Source of the DNA: Candidatus Lokiarchaeum ossiferum
GTDB lineage: Archaea > Asgardarchaeota > Lokiarchaeia > Sigyniarchaeales > Promethearchaeaceae
Length of the DNA: 32,000 nt
Assembly: GCA_025839675.1 (NCBI GenBank)
Contig: CP104013.1
Location: 1,500,001 to 1,532,000, forward strand
Direction: 5' to 3'
Both the position numbers and the translations under genes were made by a program. The notes under the pieces were generated by a model that made no database searches, was not told where the DNA came from, and saw nothing but the letters and a program-made list of their open reading frames with translations. Shown piece by piece: positions 18,601 to 25,801 of this stretch. The first letter of the stretch is position 1. Each line of letters opens with the position of its first letter.

Positions 18601-19178
18601 AAATAGTACGGATTAAGTAAATAAACCAATCCATTTTGTGAAATTTTCAAATAGAGAGGTTTCAAATTTTCTTTTGCTTCATCAAATTTTTGGGATTTAA
18701 ACAAAGTTTCAAGTTTATCTATGTCATTTTTAATTTCTTGAGACATATGCTTAATTTGGGATGATACTAACCTCATTTCGTTTGTTAATATTGACACCCT
18801 ATCATCTGAATAAACTATGGGGTGTTTATGAATTAACCGTAAATTAGATGTTAACAACAAACGCGATCGAATTAAATCATCGGTTTTTTTTGAATAATTA
18901 AAATTTAAACGATAAATGGAATCGAAATAGGAATATTTGACTTTATCTAAAAATGATATTTTTGGTTCTCCTTCAGAAGAATCATCAAGCTCTGTATCGA
19001 TTGAAGCATTATCTTCCAATGAATCACCTTCAGGAGCAATTTCTTTAACAAGGGATTTAGATTCTTTAGAGAGTGAAAAATTTTCCTTCAGATTTGCACC
19101 ACACATCGAACAAAATGACTGTGGATCTTCCATTTTAATTGGAGTACCGCAAAACTTACATAGATGAGGATCTGTCAT
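15672..19178 (-). CDS. Giant (1168 aa) helical-repeat / coiled-coil-like protein capped by N- and C-terminal zinc ribbons; no recognisable enzymatic motif
   Basis: ATG start. The N-terminal ribbon is C7-KF-C10...C23-SM-C26 (nt 19101-19160), followed by an acidic Ser/Asp/Glu stretch. About 880 aa of heptad-like, K/E/Q/L/I-rich helical sequence with a periodic motif follows. Next come a polybasic block (KNQKKKKEKQK, KEKREYKRKIIKRKRARIHK) and the C-terminal ribbon C1146-ES-C1149...C1161-FF-C1164 (nt 15687-15743). I found no Walker A/B motif, no TM segment and no signal peptide. Confidence 0.85.
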   Translation of the reverse strand: MTDPHLCKFCGTPIKMEDPQSFCSMCGANLKENFSLSKESKSLVKEIAPEGDSLEDNASIDTELDDSSEGEPKISFLDKVKYSYFDSIYRLNFNYSKKTDDLIRSRLLLTSNLRLIHKHPIVYSDDRVSILTNEMRLVSSQIKHMSQEIKNDIDKLETLFKSQKFDEAKENLKPLYLKISQNGLVYLLNPYYLLKLKIKKNISLIRSLRRFGEKISDDISESDLERKFFTIDHQLNKLKIKQALSNKHFLIHPEILEKMVAIKSQFEEYIQEKQIKLPELNVSKKISIWIGNTKELLNIQNQNFKFKRLCAAAKKWKDLPAAWKKIQEAEKILEQFPDFIFFNSIDKFRVIKEQVESLIEELNNETKIQLLYVQELMADFRFVESDSLMKLLVEKYEQYSMSVLIEQIRVEQNVCNINMELYNRLLDIEAIFQTADYLSSQKSMRQLIEKIESKVKPEILLDNIKERVDKFSLEINKCRDEGEEILRSELVAIKTKLMAELNFEEVNTLLQQKHIIATQQEYHSYLDQHKHFLKEFNQNFDVFQQVLQFEDQLAHEKFGSILQGKIKISNMLEKSDILIYSNLEDKFKKLEKDLEQKIVQEESKFQEKVDQINALLDESIDIDQSTSILQEIIARNNFTGLEQFQDRIERLSQKVKLNSEGLDEIHKVQLIFSEGDIKDAFKQCKKLLDKIDSGLKTNPKIYSSSLRENVANLHGQIEIGLQDGVEKLESDYKAILAKLKKSLEFTEIIDLLSNYEIRAQRLGLNTLKQELHVLNLQCQHNLSVVSKCKKLERNYDSITEFPQTLKSIQEIMNVSADDKQLFEQVQIVLKTLDKKVKQGNSEREGRMNDSLETIIKKEINVLHFNDARNSLEQLLETAKGLVVKSIIPEINKYIELTTNHQQLLESVEEAKGFIEIDKVIEARNMMDGLQTAISQYKGIIINPMRDYIAATGSQIQNQIDTEISTLKSSISKIVEIIEEKQAESIYDELLECKEKAIYLEIGDTVEEIDDLIKLCHLQFDPTEKDKNQKKKKEKQKLTEVKTTFVKADDISEEITGDSLNTATSITFMVPAVEEDEAEILPEFKTMKEKREYKRKIIKRKRARIHKPPVVKQNLNNQARSSLVRQQLQRYSQQINRPVKRTNIDRCESCGAKQPTNEEKFCFFCGKTI
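16128..18125 (-). repeat. Protein-level tandem super-repeat of about 118-123 aa (about 360 nt), at least five copies, inside the giant zinc-ribbon protein
   Basis: Equivalent segments recur at aa 405 (EQIRVEQNVCNINMELYNRLLDIEAIF), 527 (DQHKHFLKEFNQNFDVFQQVLQFEDQL), 645 (QDRIERLSQKVKLNSEGLDEIHKVQLIF), 768 (KQELHVLNLQCQHNLSVVSKCKKLERNY) and 888 (PEINKYIELTTNHQQLLESVEEAKGFI). A second motif is interleaved with them (LNFEEVNTLLQQKHIIATQQEY, LEFTEIIDLLSNYEIRAQRLGL, LHFNDARNSLEQLLETAKGLVV, QAESIYDELLECKEKAIYLEIG). The repeats are degenerate at the DNA level. Confidence 0.5.
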
Positions 19179-19297
19179 TGCTATATTATTCAGTTAACCA
19201 TGTGAACTTAAGAAAGTTATCACAAGAAAATCTATCTTCGGAGATTATATGAATTTGAAGAGAAAAATAGGGAAAAAATGAATTTAATAAATATTAT

Positions 19298-22192
19298 TTA
19301 TTTATCGGTTAAAATCAGTTCAAAGGTTTTCACTTCAAATGGACCAATCGTAAACTTTAGAATATTTTCCATTTTATCCATAATCACTGTTTGCTTTGAT
19401 ATATGTCTTTCTAACAAATCGCATTCCTTAACTTCAAGAATTTTATCGTGCAATTGACCAGGTAAAAATACCGTAGCATGGGTTGAATAGCCTGTGACTT
19501 CTGCAAATCGAACAATTATCGATCTTCGCTTTTCCCATTCGTTACGCTTGATTGCAGTTAAATGAACATTATCTTGAACAAGAAATTCAAAATCATTCAG
19601 TTGGAGAGAAATATCATGATCCCCACAAATTTTTTTAACTAAAGGAGGAAAATTATATTCTTCTGCGACTTTTTTAATTTCGGGATTAGTTTTCTTATTG
19701 GATTTAGTTAGACACCCTCCAGAGTGAGGATAATATGCAAATCGAGCACTTATAGGTCCAATCCCAGAATATACTGGAGGTTTTGATCCATCCAATTTCT
19801 TTCGAGCAGCGCGCTCTTTTAAAACCCAAGATTCGGCAGCAGGATTCGGATACCGGACGGCCCTATGTAAGGTTAGTCGAATTCTACCAGCACTCACATC
19901 AAAAGCATATTTCCCTTCATTAAGTAATGCAATACCCCATCGATTATCGGTTGTACTCAAATCAGCATACTGATGCATTGTTTTTTCAAATCTGGCTTTA
20001 TCTGCAAGAGTATCAGGCAGAGTACTCTGGCGAAGTGCACAATACATTTCATCAACTGTGACTTCTTTTGCTTGCGTTTCGGTATCCAAAGTTATTTTTA
20101 ACATAGTTTTAATTTCTTTCCAATCTGCAGTCCAGAAGCAATAAACAACGGGATCATCCTTAAACAATCTTAAAATTTGTGATATTGGTGATTCACCAAG
20201 CATTTTAGAGATTTTGAGAGTACTAAAAATTGGTCCTTCATCCATTACTTCAATTTTTAGTTCTTGAGTTTGTGAATACATTTTCGGTTTGGTCCAATAT
20301 TTTTTCGAAAGATTCCATGCTGGATAACCATCATAACCCCGATCTTTATAGCCTTCAATTAAAAAACTTTTGTTACCATAAACAAGATTTTCTCCATCAT
20401 TCACATTCACGGATTTAATTTCTGTTATAGCGCCTGATTTTGGATCCAAACTGAGACTCGTGATCCCATTAGTCATACGAGGAATACCCTCCGATGTGAC
20501 GAATAGTGAAGGAGATTCAAAATCTTCAAAAGCAATTCTCCCTTTGATAAGTTCATAACCTGAAATTTCCAAAATCATCCACCATCCTTCCGAATTATTC
20601 ATCATCCCATCTTTAAATTCTGCAGCAACGGGTTGACAAAGGGAACACTCTTCACCAAGATCAGTTAAGTAATAGAATTTTGCTTGCGGAGGTTTTCCAT
20701 TTGCATCTAATGTTATATTAGGATCCACTTCTGAAATGGGAATGAAAATTCGAGCATTTCTTTTCCAAGATAATGGATTGAATATTCCAATGGGATATTT
20801 ATCCGAATGAATTTCCTCCATGCAACGATTCAGAATCAAGGCAATATTGGAATCACACATATTCCACAAATCCACAACATCATCATAAACTTCAACAATT
20901 GAACTGCCGGGTAAAACATCATGAAATTGATTGAGCAAAATTAATTTCCAAGTCTTTTCCAAAATTTCATAAGGAAATTCAAAAGCTGGATTAGATATTG
21001 AGAGTATTGTTGCTAAGGTTTCTGTGGAACGCATTAAAGATTCCAATCGTCGATTATGACGCTTTACTTCCCCATGAACCGAGAAAGTTCCACGATGAGT
21101 CTCTAAATATAATTCATCTTCCCAAATAGGCAATTTATCTTTATATTTGGTTAAATTGGAAAAAATTTCCGAAACAGAAGACCAATGAAAATGCATCTCT
21201 TCATCTTTTCCAACTTTTTCAAAATTGATTGCTTCAACCATGTTTTGATGACTCGGCCCATGGCCTCCATCCCCCAAACCAAAGAAATACCCCACATCAG
21301 GAATAATTTGGTTTAAATCAACGTGATCTTTAAAATTTGTATAATCAATGCCATAATTCCAATTTTTTCGTCCAGTTTCTTTTAGAAGATGATAGCCATA
21401 GCGATAATCATTCCAATTTTCAAGAATTTCGGTATTTTGACCAAAATTTGTTGTTAGTAATTCAGATCCATCGGGCGATTTCCAGAGAAAATTAACAAAG
21501 GGAAATTTCGTCTGTTGATTCCAAGTAATTTTTGTTGTCCAAAAGGATTTGGCACCACTTTTGGTTAAGATCTGAGGAAGGCCGATATTATAACCAAAAG
21601 AATCTAAAAACCATTCAGTTTCAGGTAAAACACCAAATTCATCCCGGTAAAACCGCATTCCATAAAGTCTTTGTCGAATCATCGATTCTTCTCCTGGCAT
21701 CATACAATCTGGTTCGACCCAAGACCCACCTACAAGTTCAAAATAACCTTTTTTATGATAATCTTTAATTTTAGCAAATAAGGAGGGATTATCTTCTTTA
21801 ACCCAATCTAACATTTGCGGCGAAGAAGTAGCAAATTTGAAGTTATTCGGAAACCAATCAGCATGGAAAATAGCTTTTTCAAATGTCTTTATTGCTTTTT
21901 TCCGAGTTTGGGCATACCGCCACAACCAAGCCATATCAATATGGGATTGACCGACCATATGCCAATGGAGTTTCCCTGGATCTGAAGTTTCTCCAATCAC
22001 TTTTTTCCATCGAAGCAAATTTGTTCTAACTTCTTGTTGATACTCTGGACTATTGATAGAATCTTCCAACCAAATTTTTCGAGTAGCAGCATTATCTATA
22101 TCAGGTTCTTCAAATTGATTTGGATCAAGTCTTTCAGACCCACTATATTTTCCCTTTTTTCCCAGTTTTTGAAATTCTTCTGTTTGCATCAT
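19298..22192 (-). CDS. GH38-family alpha-mannosidase (cytosolic type)
   Basis: About 964 aa. GQSHIDMAWLW is the GH38 N-terminal metal-binding HxD motif. FLDSFGYNIGLPQIL is the DxFG nucleophile motif. The length and the C-terminal beta-rich region also fit GH38. The ORF track starts at a TTG (22198), and the first ATGs are at 22192 and 22189, so I use 22192. Confidence 0.9.
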   Translation of the reverse strand: MMQTEEFQKLGKKGKYSGSERLDPNQFEEPDIDNAATRKIWLEDSINSPEYQQEVRTNLLRWKKVIGETSDPGKLHWHMVGQSHIDMAWLWRYAQTRKKAIKTFEKAIFHADWFPNNFKFATSSPQMLDWVKEDNPSLFAKIKDYHKKGYFELVGGSWVEPDCMMPGEESMIRQRLYGMRFYRDEFGVLPETEWFLDSFGYNIGLPQILTKSGAKSFWTTKITWNQQTKFPFVNFLWKSPDGSELLTTNFGQNTEILENWNDYRYGYHLLKETGRKNWNYGIDYTNFKDHVDLNQIIPDVGYFFGLGDGGHGPSHQNMVEAINFEKVGKDEEMHFHWSSVSEIFSNLTKYKDKLPIWEDELYLETHRGTFSVHGEVKRHNRRLESLMRSTETLATILSISNPAFEFPYEILEKTWKLILLNQFHDVLPGSSIVEVYDDVVDLWNMCDSNIALILNRCMEEIHSDKYPIGIFNPLSWKRNARIFIPISEVDPNITLDANGKPPQAKFYYLTDLGEECSLCQPVAAEFKDGMMNNSEGWWMILEISGYELIKGRIAFEDFESPSLFVTSEGIPRMTNGITSLSLDPKSGAITEIKSVNVNDGENLVYGNKSFLIEGYKDRGYDGYPAWNLSKKYWTKPKMYSQTQELKIEVMDEGPIFSTLKISKMLGESPISQILRLFKDDPVVYCFWTADWKEIKTMLKITLDTETQAKEVTVDEMYCALRQSTLPDTLADKARFEKTMHQYADLSTTDNRWGIALLNEGKYAFDVSAGRIRLTLHRAVRYPNPAAESWVLKERAARKKLDGSKPPVYSGIGPISARFAYYPHSGGCLTKSNKKTNPEIKKVAEEYNFPPLVKKICGDHDISLQLNDFEFLVQDNVHLTAIKRNEWEKRRSIIVRFAEVTGYSTHATVFLPGQLHDKILEVKECDLLERHISKQTVIMDKMENILKFTIGPFEVKTFELILTDK

Positions 22193-22250
22193 AATCAAAT
22201 AAGTAAAAACATGTTTGGGGAAAAAAAAAGGTTCTCAATCAATTTATTGA

Positions 22251-23780
22251 TCAATTTAAATCGGTCAATATGGTTAATAACTGCCAATTAGAAGTCCAAG
22301 GCTTGGAAAAATCGATTTCCAATATTTTCGCGGTTATTTCTTGAGTGCCATATTGAGAACAAGAAAAAATACTAAAAAGACGATCTTGAAAGTATTCACG
22401 ATGACCATCAAGATAGACTTCATGACCACGCACCACCCGATCAACCTTATTAATTTCACAAAATCGATTGAAAATTTCTTCACCAAAAGTAAATCCCGCA
22501 CCTCTGGGACTCGGCAGGAAATACATCCCAGGGGGTAATTCTGCCGCAGGGTCACTCCATAAAATTTGTTGTGAAAGAATATCCATCTCATCCATATTTG
22601 AATACTTAGAATCAAGTCGATCCAATCCCGCTGTGATATTGGGGATAATGGGTAATTCTTCAAATTCACGATCGTAAAAAGGAATTCCACCATGAACACA
22701 CATAATTTGTTTAGCATCATGTCGAACTACATGGACAAGTGGAAGCTTCATAAAAACATATCCAAAATCGTTAAAGAGGTAAGAATTAGGGAGATATTTA
22801 TTAATATTTTCCCAAAACCCATAATTCATTGAAATGGTAACATCTTCATGATTCCCACGTAAAACTCGAACATATTGGGGGAATTTGAGGGCAAAGGAAA
22901 AAATATAGAGAATGTTATGGATATCATATGGACTCCGATCTACATAGTCTCCATCAAAAACGATTAATATTTCTTCATTAGTCTCTTGAGCCTTCTGAAT
23001 CTGTGTTAAAAAGAATTGAATACACTTATGGGTATCTATAATTGAACCATGGGTATCTCCCACATAATAAACTTTTCCTTGATTTATTGATTCTACAAGA
23101 GGAATTGATAAATCAAGAAATTCATTGCCAAGATACAGATCACTAAACTCTTCTAATAAACCACGAATCATTTCTGGAGCCTTTTCATCACCAACATATA
23201 CATCAGAATCAACTTGTAAATCTGAATTTTGATAAAAATCCCAAAATTTGTTTGCAAAAGGAATTTTTTCATCAGAAATATGAATTTCTTTAAAACCTGA
23301 AATAATCGGCAAAAGAGGTGAGACAATAGGTTCTACAGTTTCTAGAGATTCTTGAGCATCAGTAATTGGATGGGTTGAAATATCGGAACTGATTTCTTGC
23401 CTTAAAGCAGTTAATTTCTTGATATATTCTGCTTCTTCCTGTTGTTGAATAAGTTTGTACTTTGCAAATTTTTCGAATATCTCATCTGTAATCCTCCCAA
23501 TGTCTTCCTTGATTCCATGAGTTTCTAATGGAGTTTGATCTTTCGGGCAGATAAGCATTCCGAGCTGTAAATCGGGAGCGTTATCAAGAGGTTTATCACT
23601 TCGTTTTTCAATCAAATGACTATCATACTGTCTTAAACATGTAGGACACACCACAATCATCCGATCTGCAACAACTAACCCTTCTTTTAAACAATTTCGA
23701 CACAATTTGCTCGCCGCCTCTTTTTCAGAATAATAAAATGCGTGCTTGCAGTGATGACAAATATGTATTTGCTTGGCCAT
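22251..23780 (-). CDS. PPP-family Ser/Thr phosphatase with an N-terminal zinc-ribbon module and a helical linker (paralog of 4258-5397)
   Basis: 509 aa. The ribbon is C8-HH-C11...C27-RN-C30, followed by C45-PT-C48...C78 (nt 23547-23759). The catalytic motifs are YVGDTHGS, DGDYVDRSPY, LRGNHED, CVHGG, ILWSDPA and VRGHE. The antisense and alternate-frame ORFs 22334-22720, 22341-22538 and 22468-22677 are shadows. Confidence 0.9.
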   Translation of the reverse strand: MAKQIHICHHCKHAFYYSEKEAASKLCRNCLKEGLVVADRMIVVCPTCLRQYDSHLIEKRSDKPLDNAPDLQLGMLICPKDQTPLETHGIKEDIGRITDEIFEKFAKYKLIQQQEEAEYIKKLTALRQEISSDISTHPITDAQESLETVEPIVSPLLPIISGFKEIHISDEKIPFANKFWDFYQNSDLQVDSDVYVGDEKAPEMIRGLLEEFSDLYLGNEFLDLSIPLVESINQGKVYYVGDTHGSIIDTHKCIQFFLTQIQKAQETNEEILIVFDGDYVDRSPYDIHNILYIFSFALKFPQYVRVLRGNHEDVTISMNYGFWENINKYLPNSYLFNDFGYVFMKLPLVHVVRHDAKQIMCVHGGIPFYDREFEELPIIPNITAGLDRLDSKYSNMDEMDILSQQILWSDPAAELPPGMYFLPSPRGAGFTFGEEIFNRFCEINKVDRVVRGHEVYLDGHREYFQDRLFSIFSCSQYGTQEITAKILEIDFSKPWTSNWQLLTILTDLN

Positions 23781-23858
23781 GTAAATCTATAAATACCTTT
23801 TATTTGGCGATCTCTATAAATCGTTTGCTTTTGATTTTAAAAATGATATATAAAAAAA

Positions 23859-24635
23859 TTAGATGATTGTCAGAATTCCGGTAAATCCAAATCCAGTCAA
23901 AATTATCTCAATTCCGATCCATAAAAGAATTAATGAGAATATTTTTTGAATTTTAGAGCCATATTTTATAAGTTTGACAATCATTTTAGAAGTAAACTTC
24001 CCCATCAATGGACCAATTATGATATAAGGTAAAGTTAACCCTATAGCATACAGCAACATGAGATACATTTGTACTGAAGTCTCATATTGTATTGAAAGGG
24101 TCAGGATTGAAGCATACATTGGAGTAACACACGGAATAAAGGCAGAACCCAAACTCAATCCAAGTAAGAACGCCCCACCATAGCCAGAGTATCTTTCAAT
24201 TATTGAGGGTCGCTCTTGAGTTTTTTTTAATTCTGTTTCGGAATTTTCAACTGATGTTTTAGGAGTAAGGCGATCTTCCACACTCCTCGAATCATTATTG
24301 TCTGAAGAATGCAGTTTAGAAAATTTCTTACTCATAAATTGTTTATTAAACAAAAGATATAGGGAAAGAAAAACCATTAAAGATCCGGATATAAGATTGA
24401 TGTATTTCATTTGAGTGATCAAAGAACTGAATGTGCTCAGCAAAATCCCTATGATAGCAAAAGTTGTAGAATATCCGATTGCAAAGATGAGGCTCATAAT
24501 GATACTTTGTTTAGTATTTTTTGCAGAGGAACCAATATAGGATATGAATGTAGGTAATAGAGCAGCATTACACGGACTAATAAAGGAAATTAATCCCGCA
24601 GATAACGCGAAAGTAAGGATAGATATTTCAACCAC
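23859..24635 (-). CDS. ccdA: CcdA/DsbD-family transmembrane thiol-disulfide electron transporter
   Basis: 258 aa with a GTG start preceded by GGTGA (SD-like) 9 nt upstream. Two membrane-embedded Cys-Pro motifs typical of CcdA are present: FISPCNAALLP and FIPCVTPM. Six hydrophobic segments are split by a hydrophilic insertion of about 50 aa (SKKFSKLHSSDNNDSRSVEDRLTPKTSVENSETELKKTQERPS). Confidence 0.85.
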   Translation of the reverse strand: MVEISILTFALSAGLISFISPCNAALLPTFISYIGSSAKNTKQSIIMSLIFAIGYSTTFAIIGILLSTFSSLITQMKYINLISGSLMVFLSLYLLFNKQFMSKKFSKLHSSDNNDSRSVEDRLTPKTSVENSETELKKTQERPSIIERYSGYGGAFLLGLSLGSAFIPCVTPMYASILTLSIQYETSVQMYLMLLYAIGLTLPYIIIGPLMGKFTSKMIVKLIKYGSKIQKIFSLILLWIGIEIILTGFGFTGILTII

Positions 24636-24691
24636 TTTTTATTTTCACCATGAAGTTTGAAATAGAAAAAAAAGACTTGTCTTTAATTCTT

Positions 24692-25366
24692 TTACAATAA
24701 TTTATCAATTGCCGATCTCATATTAGCAGCAGAATTTAGCCCAACTAATTTCTGACTGTATGATCCATCTTTCCCCAAAAAAACCATTGAGGGAGTCCCA
24801 GATACACTGTATTTTGACGCCAATGAATAATCAGTGTCTCGAACATTTGACCATGTGTATTCATTTTCAGATGCCCATTTCTGTATATCAGCAACGCTTT
24901 CTGAAATCTGAACATCGATAGCAACTATTAGAACTTCATCACTTGAATATTCTGCCATCACAGTTTTAAGATTCTGCCCATTTTCTTCGCAATAATAGCA
25001 AGAAATGTAATGAAAGTATAGAACAACAACCTTCCCAGCATTATCTGCCAACTCAATAACACTTCCATCAATTGTTGATAAGGAAAGCGGGGTTTTATAT
25101 CCAGAGGGAGAAGATGACACTTCGGTTGAATCTCCTGTGTAAGTATAGGTAATACTATTCACGAGTTCATCATTGTTTTGTGAATCTAATAACTTTCCGA
25201 CTCCAACAATCCCTAAACCGATAATAACAATGAAACCAATGAAAAATACAAAAGGAGAATTATTTTTTTTCTTTGAAAGTTCTTCGTCATAGTAAGTATG
25301 TTTTTTTCCAGACTGCTTTTGCTTAATTTCAGTTTTTGCTTTGATTTGATATTTACTTTTTGCCAT
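24692..25366 (-). CDS. Membrane-anchored thioredoxin-fold thiol-disulfide oxidoreductase (TlpA/ResA-like) with a CYYC active site
   Basis: It has a basic N-terminus and a single TM (FVFFIGFIVIIGLGIVGVG), followed by a Ser/Thr-rich linker (TYTYTGDSTEVSSSPSGYKTPLS). The thioredoxin fold reads GKVVVLYFHYISCYYCEENG ... VSGTPSMVFL, where the cis-Pro region GTP fits the fold. The ORF track starts at a GTG (25375). The first ATG is at 25366, 14 nt after the upstream stop. Confidence 0.8.
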   Translation of the reverse strand: MAKSKYQIKAKTEIKQKQSGKKHTYYDEELSKKKNNSPFVFFIGFIVIIGLGIVGVGKLLDSQNNDELVNSITYTYTGDSTEVSSSPSGYKTPLSLSTIDGSVIELADNAGKVVVLYFHYISCYYCEENGQNLKTVMAEYSSDEVLIVAIDVQISESVADIQKWASENEYTWSNVRDTDYSLASKYSVSGTPSMVFLGKDGSYSQKLVGLNSAANMRSAIDKLL

Positions 25367-25380
25367 GATATTCACTCACA

Positions 25381-25716
25381 TTAAATCTTACATACATTCT
25401 TGATGATAGGATCAATATTTTTTACGGAGAGGTGTTTTTTCAGCAAACCTTCCGTTGAAATAATGATATCTTGTGAAAAATCAAAATGATTGAGATATTG
25501 ATCGGAAAATTCGACCAACAATCCTTGTTGATTGCGGTAACCCTTGTCTTCAGAAATGAAATGAGCTTGATCTTTGACAATAGGGCTAAAAATTTGGGTA
25601 CAAGGCTCTTCCAGATACTCGACATCAATTAAAACATTAGAAATCTTTTTTTTTTCAATATATTCCAGTGCACGAGTATCAAATTGTACATTAGGTATTA
25701 AAGGAAGATCTGTCAT
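25381..25716 (-). CDS. Hypothetical small soluble protein (111 aa), single Cys; probably co-transcribed with the thioredoxin-like gene
   Basis: ATG start, ending 5-14 nt before the next gene. The sequence runs ...FDTRALEYIEKKKISNVLIDVEYLEEPCTQIFSPIV...GLLVEFS.... I cannot assign a family. The alternate-frame same-strand ORF 25440-25628 is a shadow. Confidence 0.55.
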   Translation of the reverse strand: MTDLPLIPNVQFDTRALEYIEKKKISNVLIDVEYLEEPCTQIFSPIVKDQAHFISEDKGYRNQQGLLVEFSDQYLNHFDFSQDIIISTEGLLKKHLSVKNIDPIIKNVCKI

Positions 25717-25801
25717 TAATAGTATTTAGCAAATGAATGTTAAAAAAGGTTATGCAAATAATATACCCTACTAAATTAATTGGTTTTTTTTTTTTAATAA
25801 T

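Noticed and set aside
15672-19178. SMC/Rad50-type ATPase or extracellular EnvC/PcsB-like FtsX partner as identity of the giant helical protein
   Set aside because: It has no Walker A/B or signature motif and no central CxxC zinc hook, since the Cys pairs are only at the termini. This argues against SMC/Rad50. It has no signal peptide or TM segment, and zinc ribbons are expected to be cytoplasmic. This argues against an exported EnvC/PcsB-type coiled-coil activator of FtsEX.
22192-22198. Non-ATG starts given by the ORF track (TTG 22198, GTG 25375, GTG 29069, TTG 30396)
   Set aside because: In each case an in-frame ATG lies 2-3 codons downstream and gives a more typical N-terminus, so I moved the starts. 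The upstream alternatives cannot be excluded without N-terminal or ribosome-profiling data.
1215-22720. Nested, antisense or alternate-frame ORFs from the track: 1215-1583, 2637-2837, 3293-3667, 4154-4372, 7490-7678, 9576-9812, 11226-11408, 11525-11725, 18937-19167, 20230-20418, 21532-21768, 22034-22291, 22334-22720, 22341-22538, 22468-22677. Also 25440-25628, 26323-26535, 27085-27429, 28120-28335, 29281-29496 and 29833-30027.
   Set aside because: Each is embedded in, or largely overlaps, a longer ORF that has clear family motifs or consistent membrane-protein character. None shows a recognisable motif.
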